The notes: generated by a model from the letters alone, not told the origin. 64,000 nucleotides of DNA from an uncultured Planctomycetota bacterium (GCA_963849325.1 CAWKHF010000003.1:64001-128000); one strand, 5' to 3'. Shown: positions 1 through 12,973, counted from the stretch's first letter. Program-made: numbers and translations.

Positions 1-2
1 GG

Positions 3-476
3 ATGCTCAGCCGGCAGCAATGGCAGAAGGCGCGGGAGGCCGCGGCCATCGAGCCGGCCAACCGGGTCAAGCCGACCGCCAGGCCGTACAGCCTGGACCC
101 CGCCGCGCCGGCGGCGGAGGTGATACCGCCGGGCCAATGGAGCCCGGCAGTCCAGAACGTCGCCGACTACGCGACGTTCCTGGCGTGGGAGCTCATGGGG
201 GTGACACTCACCGTCACCGTCGTCCGCACCGCCAACAACTTCCTGGCCTGCTACGGCGCGGGACGGCTGGACCTCAACCTGCTCCGCCTCGGCGACGGCT
301 GGTTCGAGCGAGGCGCGGGCGAGGACGTGGACCGACTGCTGATCCACGAGTTCGGCCATCAGTTCTCCGGCGACCACCTCAGTGACGAGTACCACGACGC
401 CCTGTGCCGGCTTGGGGCGAAGCTCAAGCGGCTGGCCCTGGAGCGGCCGGAAGCCATCCGACCTTTCCTGCGCTGA
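3..476 (+). CDS. C-terminal part of a protein with an HExxH zincin-like motif (5' end outside the window)
   Basis: LLIHEFGH motif; ORF open from the window edge. Confidence 0.55.
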   Translation: MLSRQQWQKAREAAAIEPANRVKPTARPYSLDPAAPAAEVIPPGQWSPAVQNVADYATFLAWELMGVTLTVTVVRTANNFLACYGAGRLDLNLLRLGDGWFERGAGEDVDRLLIHEFGHQFSGDHLSDEYHDALCRLGAKLKRLALERPEAIRPFLR

Positions 477-579
477 GGACATCAGGACGGCCCATCGCCT
501 GCGGCCGCTGCCGCGGGTTAGAAGGCAAGGAGGCGAACCGTGGCCGCCCCACCACCCCGCAGCCCCAAGGGAGACCCTG

Positions 580-1683
580 ATGAAAGTCCTCTGCCGCCGC
601 GAAGAGTTGCTGTCGGCCTTCCAACAGGCGAGCGTGGCCGTGCCGGCCCGTGATTTGAAGCCCGTCCTCCGCAACGTCAAGGCGGTTGCCGAGGAGGGTC
701 GCTGCACGCTCCTGGCCACTGACCTGGAGTTGGGCACCCGCCTGGAGGTGCCGGGTCTGACCGTGGAGGAGCCGGGCTCCGTACTCTTGCCGGCGGCTCG
801 GCTGCACGCCATCCTGCGCGAGTCCCCGGATGAAACGCTGGTCGTCGAAACCGCCGACCAATCATGCCTGGTGCGGGGGGAGCACAGCGAGTTCGAGTTG
901 GCCGGCGAGGATCCGGCGGCTTTCCCTGACGTGCCGGAGTTCGTGGCGGACGCATACCACGAGGTGCCAGCCTGCGCGTTCCGCGAGTTGATCCGCCGGA
1001 CCGCGTTTGCGGCCGCGACCGACACCAGCCGCTATGCCATCACCGGCGTCCTCTGCGAGCTGGACGGGTCGGTCGCTCGGCTGGTGGCGACTGACGGCCG
1101 GCGGCTGGCCGTGGCCGAGCGCGAGGCCGTCGCGCACGGGGAGCATTCCACGAAGGGACAAGTCCACATCCTGCCCCCGAAGGCCCTCCAGCTGCTGGAC
1201 CGCAACCTGCACGATCCGGCCGAGGCGGTCCGCGTGTCACTGTCGCCCAACGAGGCCCTGTTCCGCACCACCCGGGCGACGATTTACACCCGGCTGGTCG
1301 AAGGCCGGTTCCCGCCGTACCGAGAGGTCATTCCCAAGAAGCCGGCCGCCAAGGTCGGCCTCCCGGTGGACGCCTTCCACGCGGCCGTGCGTCAGGCGGC
1401 GATCATGGCGGACCAGGAGAGCCGCAAGGTGGTTCTCGGCTTCGCCAAGGGCAAGCTGACGCTCAAGGCCCAGGGTTCGGACGTTGGCCGGTCCCGGGTC
1501 GAGATGCCGTTGGAGTACCAGGGCAAGCCCCTGGAGATCGCCTTCAACCCGCAGCTGCTGACGGACATGCTGCGGGCGTTGCACGGGGAGGAGGCGGTGG
1601 AACTGGCGCTGACCGACGGCGCCAGCCCGGCACTGTTCCGCTGTGGGGGGAACTACTCCTATGTCATCATGCCGCTGACGTGA
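580..1683 (+). CDS. dnaN: DNA polymerase III beta sliding clamp (island-borne copy)
   Basis: ATDLE, ATDGRRLA, RLVEGRFPPY and C-terminal YVIMPL motifs; 367 aa; GGAG upstream of ATG 580; no dnaA/recF nearby. Confidence 0.92.
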   Translation: MKVLCRREELLSAFQQASVAVPARDLKPVLRNVKAVAEEGRCTLLATDLELGTRLEVPGLTVEEPGSVLLPAARLHAILRESPDETLVVETADQSCLVRGEHSEFELAGEDPAAFPDVPEFVADAYHEVPACAFRELIRRTAFAAATDTSRYAITGVLCELDGSVARLVATDGRRLAVAEREAVAHGEHSTKGQVHILPPKALQLLDRNLHDPAEAVRVSLSPNEALFRTTRATIYTRLVEGRFPPYREVIPKKPAAKVGLPVDAFHAAVRQAAIMADQESRKVVLGFAKGKLTLKAQGSDVGRSRVEMPLEYQGKPLEIAFNPQLLTDMLRALHGEEAVELALTDGASPALFRCGGNYSYVIMPLT

Positions 1684-1805
1684 GCCAACCCGAAGTGGAG
1701 CGTCGGTTCGGCAGGGGCGCGTCGCCGTCTCTTCCGCAGGGTAGAGGTCTGCGGGTGCCGGCATGCCGTTGCCTGGTTCGGATTCCGACACAAGGGGAAA
1801 TCGAA

Positions 1806-2909
1806 GTGAGAACGCTGGCAGAACTCCAGGCGGAATGCGCGGGACTTGGCCTTGCGGTCACGAGCGGGGGCCGGCCGAGCAAGGAAGCCTACGTTGCCGC
1901 CCTGCGCGAGCATTACTGGCATCGGGAGTACCCGGAGCGGCCATTGCCGCCGCAGGTGTTGCCGATGCTCCTCGGGGTCTGGGCCGACCTCGACCCGGCC
2001 GATGCGGAGCAGATCGAGCAAGAAGGTTCGGGCTGGCTGGTGCAGCCCAAGCTGGACGGGGTACGGGCGCTGCTGCACGTCGGGGCGGACGGGGTCCGCA
2101 TTACCAGCCGCCACGTCAGCGTCGTGAGCTACCGCTTGGCCGAGTTGCAGGACAACTTGCCCCACTTGGCGGAAGGGCTGGGGGCACTGCTGGGAACTGT
2201 CTTGGACGGCGAGCTGGTCTGCCCCAGGGCGGTCCTGGATACCGGTACCACCGTGACGGCCCATCCGCTCCAGGCCGCAATGGCCGTCCTGGCAACGAGT
2301 CCTGTCGCTGCACGTCAGTTGCAAGAAAGGTACGACGCCCGGCTCCGCTTCCACGCCTTTGACGTCCTCAGCTTCCGCGGGACAGACGTCACTCGCTTGC
2401 CCCTGCTGGACAGGCAAGACGTGCTGGCCGAGGCGCTGGCCGCGGCAGACACTCCTTACCTGGAGTCGGTGCCGGCCTTCGTGATCGGCAAGGGCGCGGT
2501 CCATCGCAGGCTGATCGAGCGGGAAGGCGAAGGGACGGTGTGGAAACGCCTGGACGGGCTTTACGAGCCCGGACGCAGGGTGACTCATTGGCTCAAGCGG
2601 AAACGAGGGGTCGAAGTAGAGGCGTTCGTCACCGGCTGGAAGCCCGGCGGGGAGGGCAATGGCCACGCCCACCTCGTTGGGGCCGTCGAATTCAGCGTCC
2701 GACGGGATGACGGCTCCGCCTGCCCCGTGGCCTGGGTAAGCGGCTGGACCGACGCCGAGCGGCGCGCGCTGACGACCCACGATGCCACGGGTGCCAGCCG
2801 GCTGAACCCGAGCTACCTGGGCCGGCGGGCGCTCATCGCTGGCCAGGACCACGCGGCCAAGTCACGCCGGCTCCGGCACGCGCGCTTCGTATCGTGGGTA
2901 CAACCCTGA
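1806..2909 (+). CDS. ATP-dependent DNA ligase
   Basis: QPKLDGVRA (KxDGxR), VLDGELV, FDVL, EGTVWK, WLKRK motifs, then OB-fold-like C-terminus. Confidence 0.88.
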   Translation: MRTLAELQAECAGLGLAVTSGGRPSKEAYVAALREHYWHREYPERPLPPQVLPMLLGVWADLDPADAEQIEQEGSGWLVQPKLDGVRALLHVGADGVRITSRHVSVVSYRLAELQDNLPHLAEGLGALLGTVLDGELVCPRAVLDTGTTVTAHPLQAAMAVLATSPVAARQLQERYDARLRFHAFDVLSFRGTDVTRLPLLDRQDVLAEALAAADTPYLESVPAFVIGKGAVHRRLIEREGEGTVWKRLDGLYEPGRRVTHWLKRKRGVEVEAFVTGWKPGGEGNGHAHLVGAVEFSVRRDDGSACPVAWVSGWTDAERRALTTHDATGASRLNPSYLGRRALIAGQDHAAKSRRLRHARFVSWVQP

Positions 2910-2940
2910 CCAGGCCTTTGCCTCCTAAGGCCCTCCTTAG

Positions 2941-4223
2941 TACACAAAGGCATTGAAAAGGTGGCGAAATCATGCGGCCTGTGCGGGTTCGGGCGGACTG
3001 CTCGATTCGTTCGGCAGTCGCGGCTCGCACTTGGCCATGATCTTCGCCACCGACTTCGTACTCCAGGCAAACGGATGAGCGACTTCGTTCCACCCCCGAA
3101 GGAACGCTTCCAGCCGCTCCGCCAGCGCCGCCTTGTCGGCGAAGTCAGCGATGCACAGCCGCTTCCGCTGCAAGATGCTGAACCACTGCTCCCCCTGGTT
3201 CATCCACGAGCAAGGAACCGGCGGGTGATGGAAAACAAAGCGCGGGTGCTTCGCCCGCCACGCTTGCACCTGCTGGCCCTTGTGCATCCGCAGGTTGTCC
3301 AGCACTACATGGATCATCGTGACCGTCGCCGGGATCTCCCGGTCCAACATCTCCAGGAAGGCGATGAACTCCGCCTGCCGCTTGCGCTCCGCCGTCATCC
3401 CGTACACCTTCCCCGTGCGCGTGTCGAAGGCGGCGAAGAGGTTCAACGCGCCGCAGCGCCCGTACGCGTGCTCGACGCGCACCGGCTGCTCCGGCAAAGC
3501 CGGTCGCGTCGGCGCCATCCGCGGCCGCGGCTGCAAGCTCGTCTTCTCATCTACGCACAGCACGACCTCGTGAGCCGCGAGCGGCCGCGTGTACAGATCA
3601 CAGACCTCTTGGACCTGGGCGGCGAAAGCCGCATCGCGGGGCACCTTGGGGGACAGCCACAAGTGGTGGCGCCACGGCTGGAGCCGGTGGTTGTTCAAGA
3701 TCCGGCCGACGGTGTCGGCCGAGATGCTCTCGACCAAACCGTCGTTGACCAGTTGGCGGGCCAGTTCCTGGCAATCCCACTGGGCCAGCGAGCGGCCGTA
3801 GCGATCGGGCCGTTCGCAGGCGACCTTAACCAGATGCAGCGCGACCTCGGGGGGAAAAGACCGGCCGGCGTCCGCGCCCCGGTTGGTCGTCTAGCCCCGC
3901 GGTCCCCTGTCCGAGGAAGCGGCGCACCCACTTGCGGGCGTTGTTGGGCGCCAGGCCGGCGATCTGGGCGGCCTCCGTCACGGAGCGGCCCTCGCTCAAG
4001 GGCAGGATCAGTCGCCCCCGGCGAACGAGCCTGCGGGGAGGGTGGTGGAGCGCTGCCAGCGCAGCCGTTCCGCTCGTTGAGGATCGGTTAATTCTACGGA
4101 GAACATTTTCTTGCGGCCGCGCATGGGAACACCGGGGAAAGAAAGCCTGGAATGCTCGTAACCCCGATTGTCCTTCTTGCCCAGCTGATGTCAATTAGCG
4201 CTGCTTTCAATGCGTAGCTGTAC
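2941..4223 (-). mobile_element. IS630-family insertion sequence
   Basis: Imperfect terminal inverted repeats (GTACAcaaagGCATTGAAA versus revcomp GTACAgctacGCATTGAAA); TTAG directly repeated at 2937-2940 and 4224-4227; DDE transposase inside. Confidence 0.85.
2970..4194 (-). CDS. IS630 transposase in two frames (HTH ORF 3826-4194, DDE ORF 2970 to ~3850)
   Basis: VDEKT, VVLDN, SWMNQGEQWFS motifs; HTH segment SVTEAAQIAGL..RKWVRRF; frame break near TTTTCCCCCC at ~3849-3858. Confidence 0.85.
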
Positions 4224-4399
4224 TTAGGCAGCCGCGGGGGTGCGAAAGGTAAGAATGCGGGCCGCTGGCGAGCTTTTGGCACGGGGATTGTGCGCAAGAG
4301 AGACGACGCCTCATGCGAGGGCGACCCGGTGCCTGAGCCGACCGCGCGGTACTCGGCGTGCCGGACGCAGGCACCGCCAAGCGCAGACCGCAGGTGCGA

Positions 4400-4873
4400 A
4401 TGATGAGTACGCCAGGTGATCCGCCGCTGGAGAACTGCTTCCTCTACCAAGTCCAGCGGCTCCTCCGGGCGCTCCGCGAGTCCTTCGAGCGGCGGTTAGC
4501 CCCACATCACCTTTCCATCTCGGAAGGAAGGGTGCTGATTCACTGCTCCCAGGGCGTCGGAACCCCCGCCGGCTTGGCCGATTGTCTCGACATCGACCGG
4601 GCGGCAGTTACGCGCCTCGTGGACCAACTGGAGCAAAAGGGTCTGCTGTCGCGTGAACCTAACCCCACGGATCGTCGCTCGACCGTCGTCCGGCTGACCG
4701 AAACCGGCCGCGCACTGGTGCCCCAACTCAACGAATATGCAAAGGCAACTGACCAAGAATTCCTCGGACATCTACAGGGCAACCGGGTGACCGAACTTCG
4801 GCAACTCCTCCAAGAAGCGGTTAGGGGTCTCCCCAGGCGAAGCTACGACGGCGACGAATGCCCGGAAGGGTAA
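4400..4873 (+). CDS. MarR family transcriptional regulator
   Basis: LADCLDIDRAAVTRLVDQLEQKGLLSREPNPTDRRS winged-helix signature. Confidence 0.9.
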   Translation: MMSTPGDPPLENCFLYQVQRLLRALRESFERRLAPHHLSISEGRVLIHCSQGVGTPAGLADCLDIDRAAVTRLVDQLEQKGLLSREPNPTDRRSTVVRLTETGRALVPQLNEYAKATDQEFLGHLQGNRVTELRQLLQEAVRGLPRRSYDGDECPEG

Positions 4874-5263
4874 TTGCCTCTTTTGAGCCGGCACTACAAC
4901 CGCTTACGGAGCGACGCCGGTCGTATACCGTCGCAACGTACCAGGCCCATTCCAAATGGCCCGCCCGAGAGCCGTCGCACCTTCACTGGACGATAATCCT
5001 TATCGTCGTCGTGGGGTAGCGGCTCCTCCCCGCCCGCGCCCGCAAACCAAGTGTCCCGTCAAGCTCCCTCCCGCAGAACTCTGAAGAATCGAGACTGGCC
5101 ATAAATCCGGCCGACCGTCTTTGCGACCGGCCGCCGACACCGCCGTCACGCGAGATGCCCGTAATGCCTGCCGGAGGCCCGGATACTGGAGTGTCCGTCG
5201 GGGCCGTGAGAGGCCGCCCGGGTGGTGTGGCTCGGCCTCGACAGGTTTCTTTGGGGAACCCCT

Positions 5264-6160
5264 ATGCCACGACAACTCCCTGCCGCCGAAGAACTCCGCG
5301 GGGCCAATTTCCTGTCGGCCCGGATCCCGCAGTGGTTGCGGGATCTGTTTCACCGGCACCGCAGTGCAAGCAGGCTCGCGGACGGCTCGCCGATGCCCGC
5401 TTATGCTTTCGCGGAACTCATCTGGCGCGAGGGCGGCTCTCCCATGGCCCAGCCGCTCATCCCAGCCCTGGGCGTGAACGCAGCCCCCGCAGCCGTCAGC
5501 TTTCGTCTCACCACGGAAACCTACAACCGCTTGCGGTCAGACATCCGGGCCTCGCAAGTCCCCAAGGACCAGTTCATCGCCAGGGAACTCGTGACGCGCC
5601 TCCGGACGATTCGGCTGGACCTGGTTCAGCGCCAGGAAACGCCGGAGCCGGTGCGCGTGGTGTGCGCCAACACATTGTCGCTGGCCCACCGCCAGGGGGC
5701 GGGCGAGGGCGTCAGCATCATGCACAAGGGCGACCTGCAGGCCAAGATCCGCCAGGCCCAGGAGGTGCTGGGGCTGGCCCGCCGCTTCTTCGACGACGCG
5801 GCCGCAGTCATCGACCGGCTGGCCGGCTACTCGCCAACGTCAGCCCAGCTCGCGGCCTATTTCGCCGAGCTGTACCCCGACCCGGAGGGGGGCAAGGACA
5901 ACGCCCGGGCGGCGAAGGCCCGCACCGAATTGCAGCGGCTGTTTGAAGAAGGCCGTGGGCACGACCAGCCCGGCGTAAAGGGAACGGCCTGGGCGGCCTA
6001 CAACGCGGGTCACCGAGTACGTGGATCACCATCGCCAGGCCCGGGCGCGAACGACCGCGACCGCGCCAGCCGCCGCCTCAACTCCGTCTGGTTCGGCTCC
6101 GGTGCCCGACTCAAGGCCCGCGCCTGGAACCTGGCCGCCGCGATGGCCGGGGGCGACTGA
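5264..6160 (+). pseudogene. Chimeric ORF: unknown N-terminus fused to the C-terminal half of a DUF932 phage/plasmid protein
   Basis: PVRVVCANTL and GTAWAAYNA DUF932 motifs begin abruptly at ~5648; local frame disruption ~6008-6035. Confidence 0.65.
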
Positions 6161-6351
6161 CCAACCGGCACGCGCTCCCCGGGACATTCCACCGGGGAGT
6201 GTGCCAGCCCTGCCAACACTCAAAGCCTCCTGGGGACAAGCACGAGACTCCCGGTGCCGGCGGATACTGCGGTCGAGGTGACCGAAGCACTCACCGCTCG
6301 GCTGGAGGGCTCTCCGCAAGGTGACGAGAGCCGATACGGCGCGGAGGCTCC

Positions 6352-7242
6352 TCAGGCAAACCGCCCAGAGTGGAACCGCACCCGTTCGCCGTGCCGGGCC
6401 AGCACCTCGTACTCCTCGGCTGGTAGCGGGCCAGAGGCGGAGAGAACTTCCAAGTCCTGGTCGAGTTCCGCCCAGGTGTGCGGGGCGGCCAGGACGACGG
6501 AAACGGCCGGCTGCTGCAGGGCGAACCGATACCAGGCGCGGGGCGGGGGTGGGGTGAATGCGGGTGGGTCGTCCGGTGTTGGCCGCAGCAGTGCTCCCCA
6601 CCGGAGGGCGGTGTAGGCGATGACCGGCAGGCCGCGGGCGGCGGTCACCGGGAACACCTCCTGCTCAGCCCCGCGGTGGGCCGCGTTGTACCGGACCATG
6701 ACGCAGTCGAGCAGCCCCGAGGCGGCCATCGTCGCCGCGAGTGGGCGCTGGTGGCTCGTCACCCCGAGCCGCCGCACGACCCCGTCCGCCTGTGCGGCCC
6801 GCAGGTACTCGACCACCCCGCCCGGGGCGGTAAGCGCTTCCCACTCGTCCGCCCGCTCGACGTAGTACAGGGTGAGGACGTCGACGTAGTCCGACCGTAG
6901 GGCGGACAGCACCGACCGGAGTTCCTGGGTGGCCTCCGGGGCGGTTCGGGCGGAGAACTGCACGCACACCGCGACCCGGTCGCGTTCCGGGCCGAGGGCG
7001 GTGACTGCGGCGGGGAACGACTCGTCGTCGGGCGGTCCCTCGGCGAAGCCGGTCCAGTTCAGGAAGTTCACGCCGCGCCCAACCGCGGCGAGCACGTCGT
7101 CGGGCGTGATCGCGGTGGCACCATGCGAGGCAAGACCGAGGCGGCAGACGGGCTTGCCGAACTCCCGCGCCGGGCGAGTCAGGAATGGCGCGAGCGCCGG
7201 GGCATCGGGCGGCGTGCGCTCTTCGCGAGCGGGCTGGTTCAT
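6352..7242 (-). CDS. Aldo/keto reductase
   Basis: LRSDYVDVLTL, GVVRRLGVTSH, YNAAHR AKR-like motifs. Confidence 0.8.
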   Translation of the reverse strand: MNQPAREERTPPDAPALAPFLTRPAREFGKPVCRLGLASHGATAITPDDVLAAVGRGVNFLNWTGFAEGPPDDESFPAAVTALGPERDRVAVCVQFSARTAPEATQELRSVLSALRSDYVDVLTLYYVERADEWEALTAPGGVVEYLRAAQADGVVRRLGVTSHQRPLAATMAASGLLDCVMVRYNAAHRGAEQEVFPVTAARGLPVIAYTALRWGALLRPTPDDPPAFTPPPPRAWYRFALQQPAVSVVLAAPHTWAELDQDLEVLSASGPLPAEEYEVLARHGERVRFHSGRFA

Positions 7243-7298
7243 TGCGATCTCCGCATCACCGGATGGCATCTCGCCGGCCTGTCGTCATTCGCGGCCGC

Positions 7299-9038
<1,740 letters not shown>

Positions 9039-9120
9039 TTATCCCTCTCTTGAGCTCCTGACTCTGGCCCAGGCGTGCGGTCGATCACGACGGATGCGAC
9101 CGGGCCGGCTCCCCGCGTCA

Positions 9121-9864
9121 TTACCAGGGCTGGTTGGCCGGGCCCACCGTGAACTCGTTGATGGTCGTGTCCTCGGGCTGGTCAATGGCGAACGCCACCA
9201 CACTCGCAACCCGGTCCGGCGAGATCCCGTATCGCTCATAGATCTTCTGCATCCCGTTAGCCGTGTCCTTGTGGCTGATCATGCCCAAGAGCTCGGTGTT
9301 GATCGCGGCGGGGTAGATCGTCGCCGTGCGGATGTTCGTCCCCTCCATGGCGGACTCCATGCGGAGGACCTCCATGAAGTCGCGCACGAACCATTTCGTC
9401 CCGCCGTACACCGCCCCACCGGGGTAGGCCTTGAGCCCGGCCACCGACAACGTCGCGATGACGTGCCCGGACTTCTGCTCGACGAACGTCGGCAGCACGG
9501 CCGCGACGCCGTTAAGGACGCCCTTGATGTTCACATCGACCGTCTGGTGCCAGTCGTCGGTCTTCAGCGCCGAGAGCGGGGAGTTCGGCATGATGCCGGC
9601 GTTCAGGAAGATCACGTCCACGCGGCCGAACGTCTCTCTGGCCAGTTTGACGATGGCCTCGTTGTCGAACGGTTTCGTCACGTCCAACTCCCGGTAGACG
9701 GCCTGGCCGCCGTCCTTCTCGATCGCGCCCGCGATCTGCTTCAGCTTGTCTTCTCGTCGGGCGCCGAGGACGACCCTGGCGCCTTTGCTCGCGAGCAGCT
9801 TCGCGGTCGCCTCACCGATCCCGGATGACGCGCCGGTGATAACGACGACTTTATTCTTGATCAT
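9121..9864 (-). CDS. Short-chain dehydrogenase/reductase
   Basis: TGASSGIG, FLNAG, YGGTK. Confidence 0.9.
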   Translation of the reverse strand: MIKNKVVVITGASSGIGEATAKLLASKGARVVLGARREDKLKQIAGAIEKDGGQAVYRELDVTKPFDNEAIVKLARETFGRVDVIFLNAGIMPNSPLSALKTDDWHQTVDVNIKGVLNGVAAVLPTFVEQKSGHVIATLSVAGLKAYPGGAVYGGTKWFVRDFMEVLRMESAMEGTNIRTATIYPAAINTELLGMISHKDTANGMQKIYERYGISPDRVASVVAFAIDQPEDTTINEFTVGPANQPW

Positions 9865-9920
9865 GTTGGTCCTCCGCTCTTGTTGATCTGGTGATGGGTT
9901 TGCTGAGCTTCTCTTTCCTT

Positions 9921-10689
9921 TCACACGACCGTCATCCCGCCGTCCACGGTGAGGGCGTGGCCGACGACGTAACTCGCCGCCGGGCTGCACAGCCACAGGA
10001 CGGCCGCGGCGATCTCCTCGGGCCGGCCCGCGCGGCCGATGGGAACCTGCTTTGCGAACTCGGCGTACGCCCGCTCGTCACCGCTCGACGACGTCGCGGG
10101 CGATCTGCGTGTCGATGAGGCCGGGGTTCACGGCGTTGACGGGGATGCCGCGCTTGACGTACTCGAGCGCGGCGGTCCGCGTCAGCCCGACCACCCCGTG
10201 CTTGGAGGCGATGTAGAACCCGATGCCGGGGTTGCCGGTCAGGGCCCCGACCGACGCGTTGTTGACGATGGCGCCGCTACCCTGGCGCTCCATCTGCCGG
10301 AGCTCGTGCTTCATGCAGCTCCACACGCCCCGCAAGTTGACCCCGATCACCCGGTCCCACTCCTCGCGGGTGCTGTCGGCGGTCGGCGCGATTCGGGCCA
10401 TGACCCCGGCGTTGTTGAACGCGGCGTCGAGCCGGCCGAATTGGGCGACGGCGCGGTCCACCATCGCGGCCACCTGGGCGTCGTCACTCACGTCGCACCG
10501 AACGGCGAGCGCCTCGTAGCCGGCGGCGACGAGCTGCTCGGCCGCCGCCTTCACCGCGTCCTCCTTAAAGTCCGCGAGGACGACGGCCGCGCCCGCCTCC
10601 GCGAACGCCCGCGCCGTTGCGAGTCCCATACCGGCCGCGGCCCCGGTGACGAGGGCCACCTTCCCGCTGAAATCCAACGGATTGCTCAT
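9921..10689 (-). CDS. Short-chain dehydrogenase/reductase (frameshift ~10080)
   Basis: [19 protein letters not shown]-terminus [14 protein letters not shown] ends at 9921 in another frame. Confidence 0.85.
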
Positions 10690-10708
10690 GATGTCCTTCC
10701 TTTCTCAG

Positions 10709-11884
10709 TCACCCCTGGTAACCGTCCGCTGTCAAACACCCTTGACGCACCGTTGCCGCGCGTTCTCCCTGGTGGGAGTAGAGCGGCAGGGTCTTCGCGA
10801 ACCCCTTCGCGTGAAAGATCGCGGAGCCCCGTCCCCCCTTGCCGTCGGTCGTCACGACGTACAGGTCGTTGGTCCCGGGCTTGATCGCCAGGCTGGTGGA
10901 ACTCAGGTTGTGCCCCTCGTTCCGGCCCGGCAGGAGCACCTGCCCGATGGGAATGCCGTTCCGGTTGAGCACCAGCACCCGGCCCTGCCCGTACATCGCC
11001 ACGTACAGGTTGCCGTCGGCGTCGGCCCGCATCGAGTCCGGCGCCGGGCCGGTGAAGTGGTACGCGACGGCCGTACCGACGGGCGCGATCGTCGTCGCGT
11101 CTGCCAGTTGCACCCGGTGCAGCAAGTTCCTGCTGAACTCCGTCGTCCACAGCTCCCGCCCGTCCGGGCCGAGCGCGACGCCGTTGGCCATCGCCAGGCG
11201 CGGCAGCACGGGCGTGACCACCTTGAAGTCCGGCGAGACGTAGTAGACGCCGCCCTTCGGGTCGGTGGAGGTGCCCCGGAAGTCGGTGAAGTAGAACCCG
11301 CCCCGGGCGTCAAACACCAGGTCGTTCGGGCAGTAGCCGTCTGCCTCCGGGACGATCGTCTGCATCCCCGACCCGTCCGGCCGCACCGCGACGACGGCCC
11401 CGGTGCCCTTGGCGAGGTCCAGGGCGGCGATGAAGACGCGCCCGTCCCTGTGGACCGCGAGCCCCGCCGGGCCGAGCCGGTCCAGGGTGAGGACGGTGGA
11501 CAGCCGCTTCTCCGGCGTGACGCGGAGCACCCGCCGGCCCGACAAGTCGCTGAAGAGGAGGCTCCCGTCGCGGGCGAAGGCCGGGCCCTCGAACACCTGC
11601 CCCTCGTCGGAGACCTTGAGCCAGCTTTCCGCTACGACGGCCTGCAGGCCCCGCTCCGCGGGCGGGATCGGGACTGGCCCTCGCGTCAGCGCGTCGTAGG
11701 CCAGTTCGGGGGGCATCCCGCCCCGCTGCGCGTGGGCGGCGGCGACGAGGGCCGCGCAGAGGGCGGCAAGGACCAGGGGGCGGCGCGGGACGAGCGGGAG
11801 GTGTCCCCGCCGGGCCGGACTCGGCCCGCGATCGACGCCCGTCGTGGCATCGGTTTCGGACGCGACCTTCGCTGCCGTTGTCAT
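10709..11884 (-). CDS. SMP-30/gluconolactonase (Drp35-like lactonase)
   Basis: FEGPAF, PNDLVFD, ANGVAL, PDSMRADADGNLYVA beta-propeller motifs; signal-like hydrophobic stretch. Confidence 0.85.
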   Translation of the reverse strand: MTTAAKVASETDATTGVDRGPSPARRGHLPLVPRRPLVLAALCAALVAAAHAQRGGMPPELAYDALTRGPVPIPPAERGLQAVVAESWLKVSDEGQVFEGPAFARDGSLLFSDLSGRRVLRVTPEKRLSTVLTLDRLGPAGLAVHRDGRVFIAALDLAKGTGAVVAVRPDGSGMQTIVPEADGYCPNDLVFDARGGFYFTDFRGTSTDPKGGVYYVSPDFKVVTPVLPRLAMANGVALGPDGRELWTTEFSRNLLHRVQLADATTIAPVGTAVAYHFTGPAPDSMRADADGNLYVAMYGQGRVLVLNRNGIPIGQVLLPGRNEGHNLSSTSLAIKPGTNDLYVVTTDGKGGRGSAIFHAKGFAKTLPLYSHQGERAATVRQGCLTADGYQG

Positions 11885-11952
11885 GTATCACCTCTCAGGG
11901 TTGTAGGAGATTTATATTTTTTGTTGGCAGGTGTTCTTGTCATTCATCGCGA

Positions 11953-12973
11953 TCAAAAACCCTCAAGCACGATCTTGCCGCGTGCTTTGCCGCTCGCCAG
12001 CAGCCGGTGTGCCCGTTTGAGGTTGGCCGCATTGATCGTGCCCATGGTTTCAGTCAACGTCGTCCGAATCTTGCCAGCATCAATCAGGTCGGCCACTTGT
12101 CGGAGTATGTCGCCTTGCACGCTCATATCCACTGTCTGCATCAAGGAGCGCATAAAGACAGCTTCGAGGTGAACCGAAATGCACTTTCATTTGAAGGGGT
12201 TCACGTCGAACGTCTCTGGACTGTCAATGTAGCCAAAGCGCCCTTGAGCGCGAGCAGCTTAACGATGTCGTCGCGATACTTGAATACTTGACTGAACCGG
12301 CTGTCGAAAACACGAAGCCGGGCGCTCCAATGCCCAGAGCTTCGATCTGTGGGGCCAGGGGCTGGCTATGATCGACGACATAATGCGCGCCGAGGCTGGA
12401 GCACCATTCCTTGGTTTCCGGTCGCGATGCGGTGGCGATCACCGTGAGATCGGTTCGGACGCGAAGCAATTGGATCGCCATTGATCCTACACCTCCAGCG
12501 GCACCGATGATGACCACTGCCGGGGCGGCTCCCGGGACGGGGCGTGCCACGTCGAGACGCTCGAAAAGCATTTCCCAAGCTGTGAGGGAGGTCAGCGGCA
12601 AGGCAGCCGCCTGGGCATCGGAGAGGGATGCCGGAGCCTTCGCCGCGATCCGTGCATCGACAAGGTTGTACTCCGCGTTTGTCCCCTGCCGCCCAATGGC
12701 CCCGCAATAGTAAACCCTGTGTCCGATCTCGAAACCTTGGACGAGCGATCCCTTTCCTACGACGGTGCCGGCAGCGTCCCATCCCAAGATGCGAACTTCG
12801 CCCTCGGCGGCTGAACTGCTGGAACGGATCTCGCAATCAATCGGGTTGACAGCAGTGGCCGAGATTTCGACGAGCAGGTCGTGATCCGTGGGAACGGGTT
12901 TCGGCAGGGTAATGTCTATGAGGGCATCGTCGCGGTCGATTGGTCCCTTGTCTCTGTAACCTACGGCTTTCAT
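11953..12973 (-). CDS. Zinc-binding alcohol dehydrogenase / quinone oxidoreductase family (frameshifted ~12230-12290)
   Basis: VNPID, GWDAAG, LPLTSLTAWE, GAAGGVG; C-terminal GKARGKIVLEGF in the 11953-12153 frame. Confidence 0.85.

Noticed and set aside
2961-4091. Long plus-strand ORF over the IS630, and similar antisense ORFs throughout
   Set aside because: Shadow frames of real genes in high-GC DNA with no recognisable motifs.
4277-4291. Sigma-54-like motif TGGCACGGGGATTGT upstream of marR
   Set aside because: The -12 element reads GT instead of GC; too weak to call.
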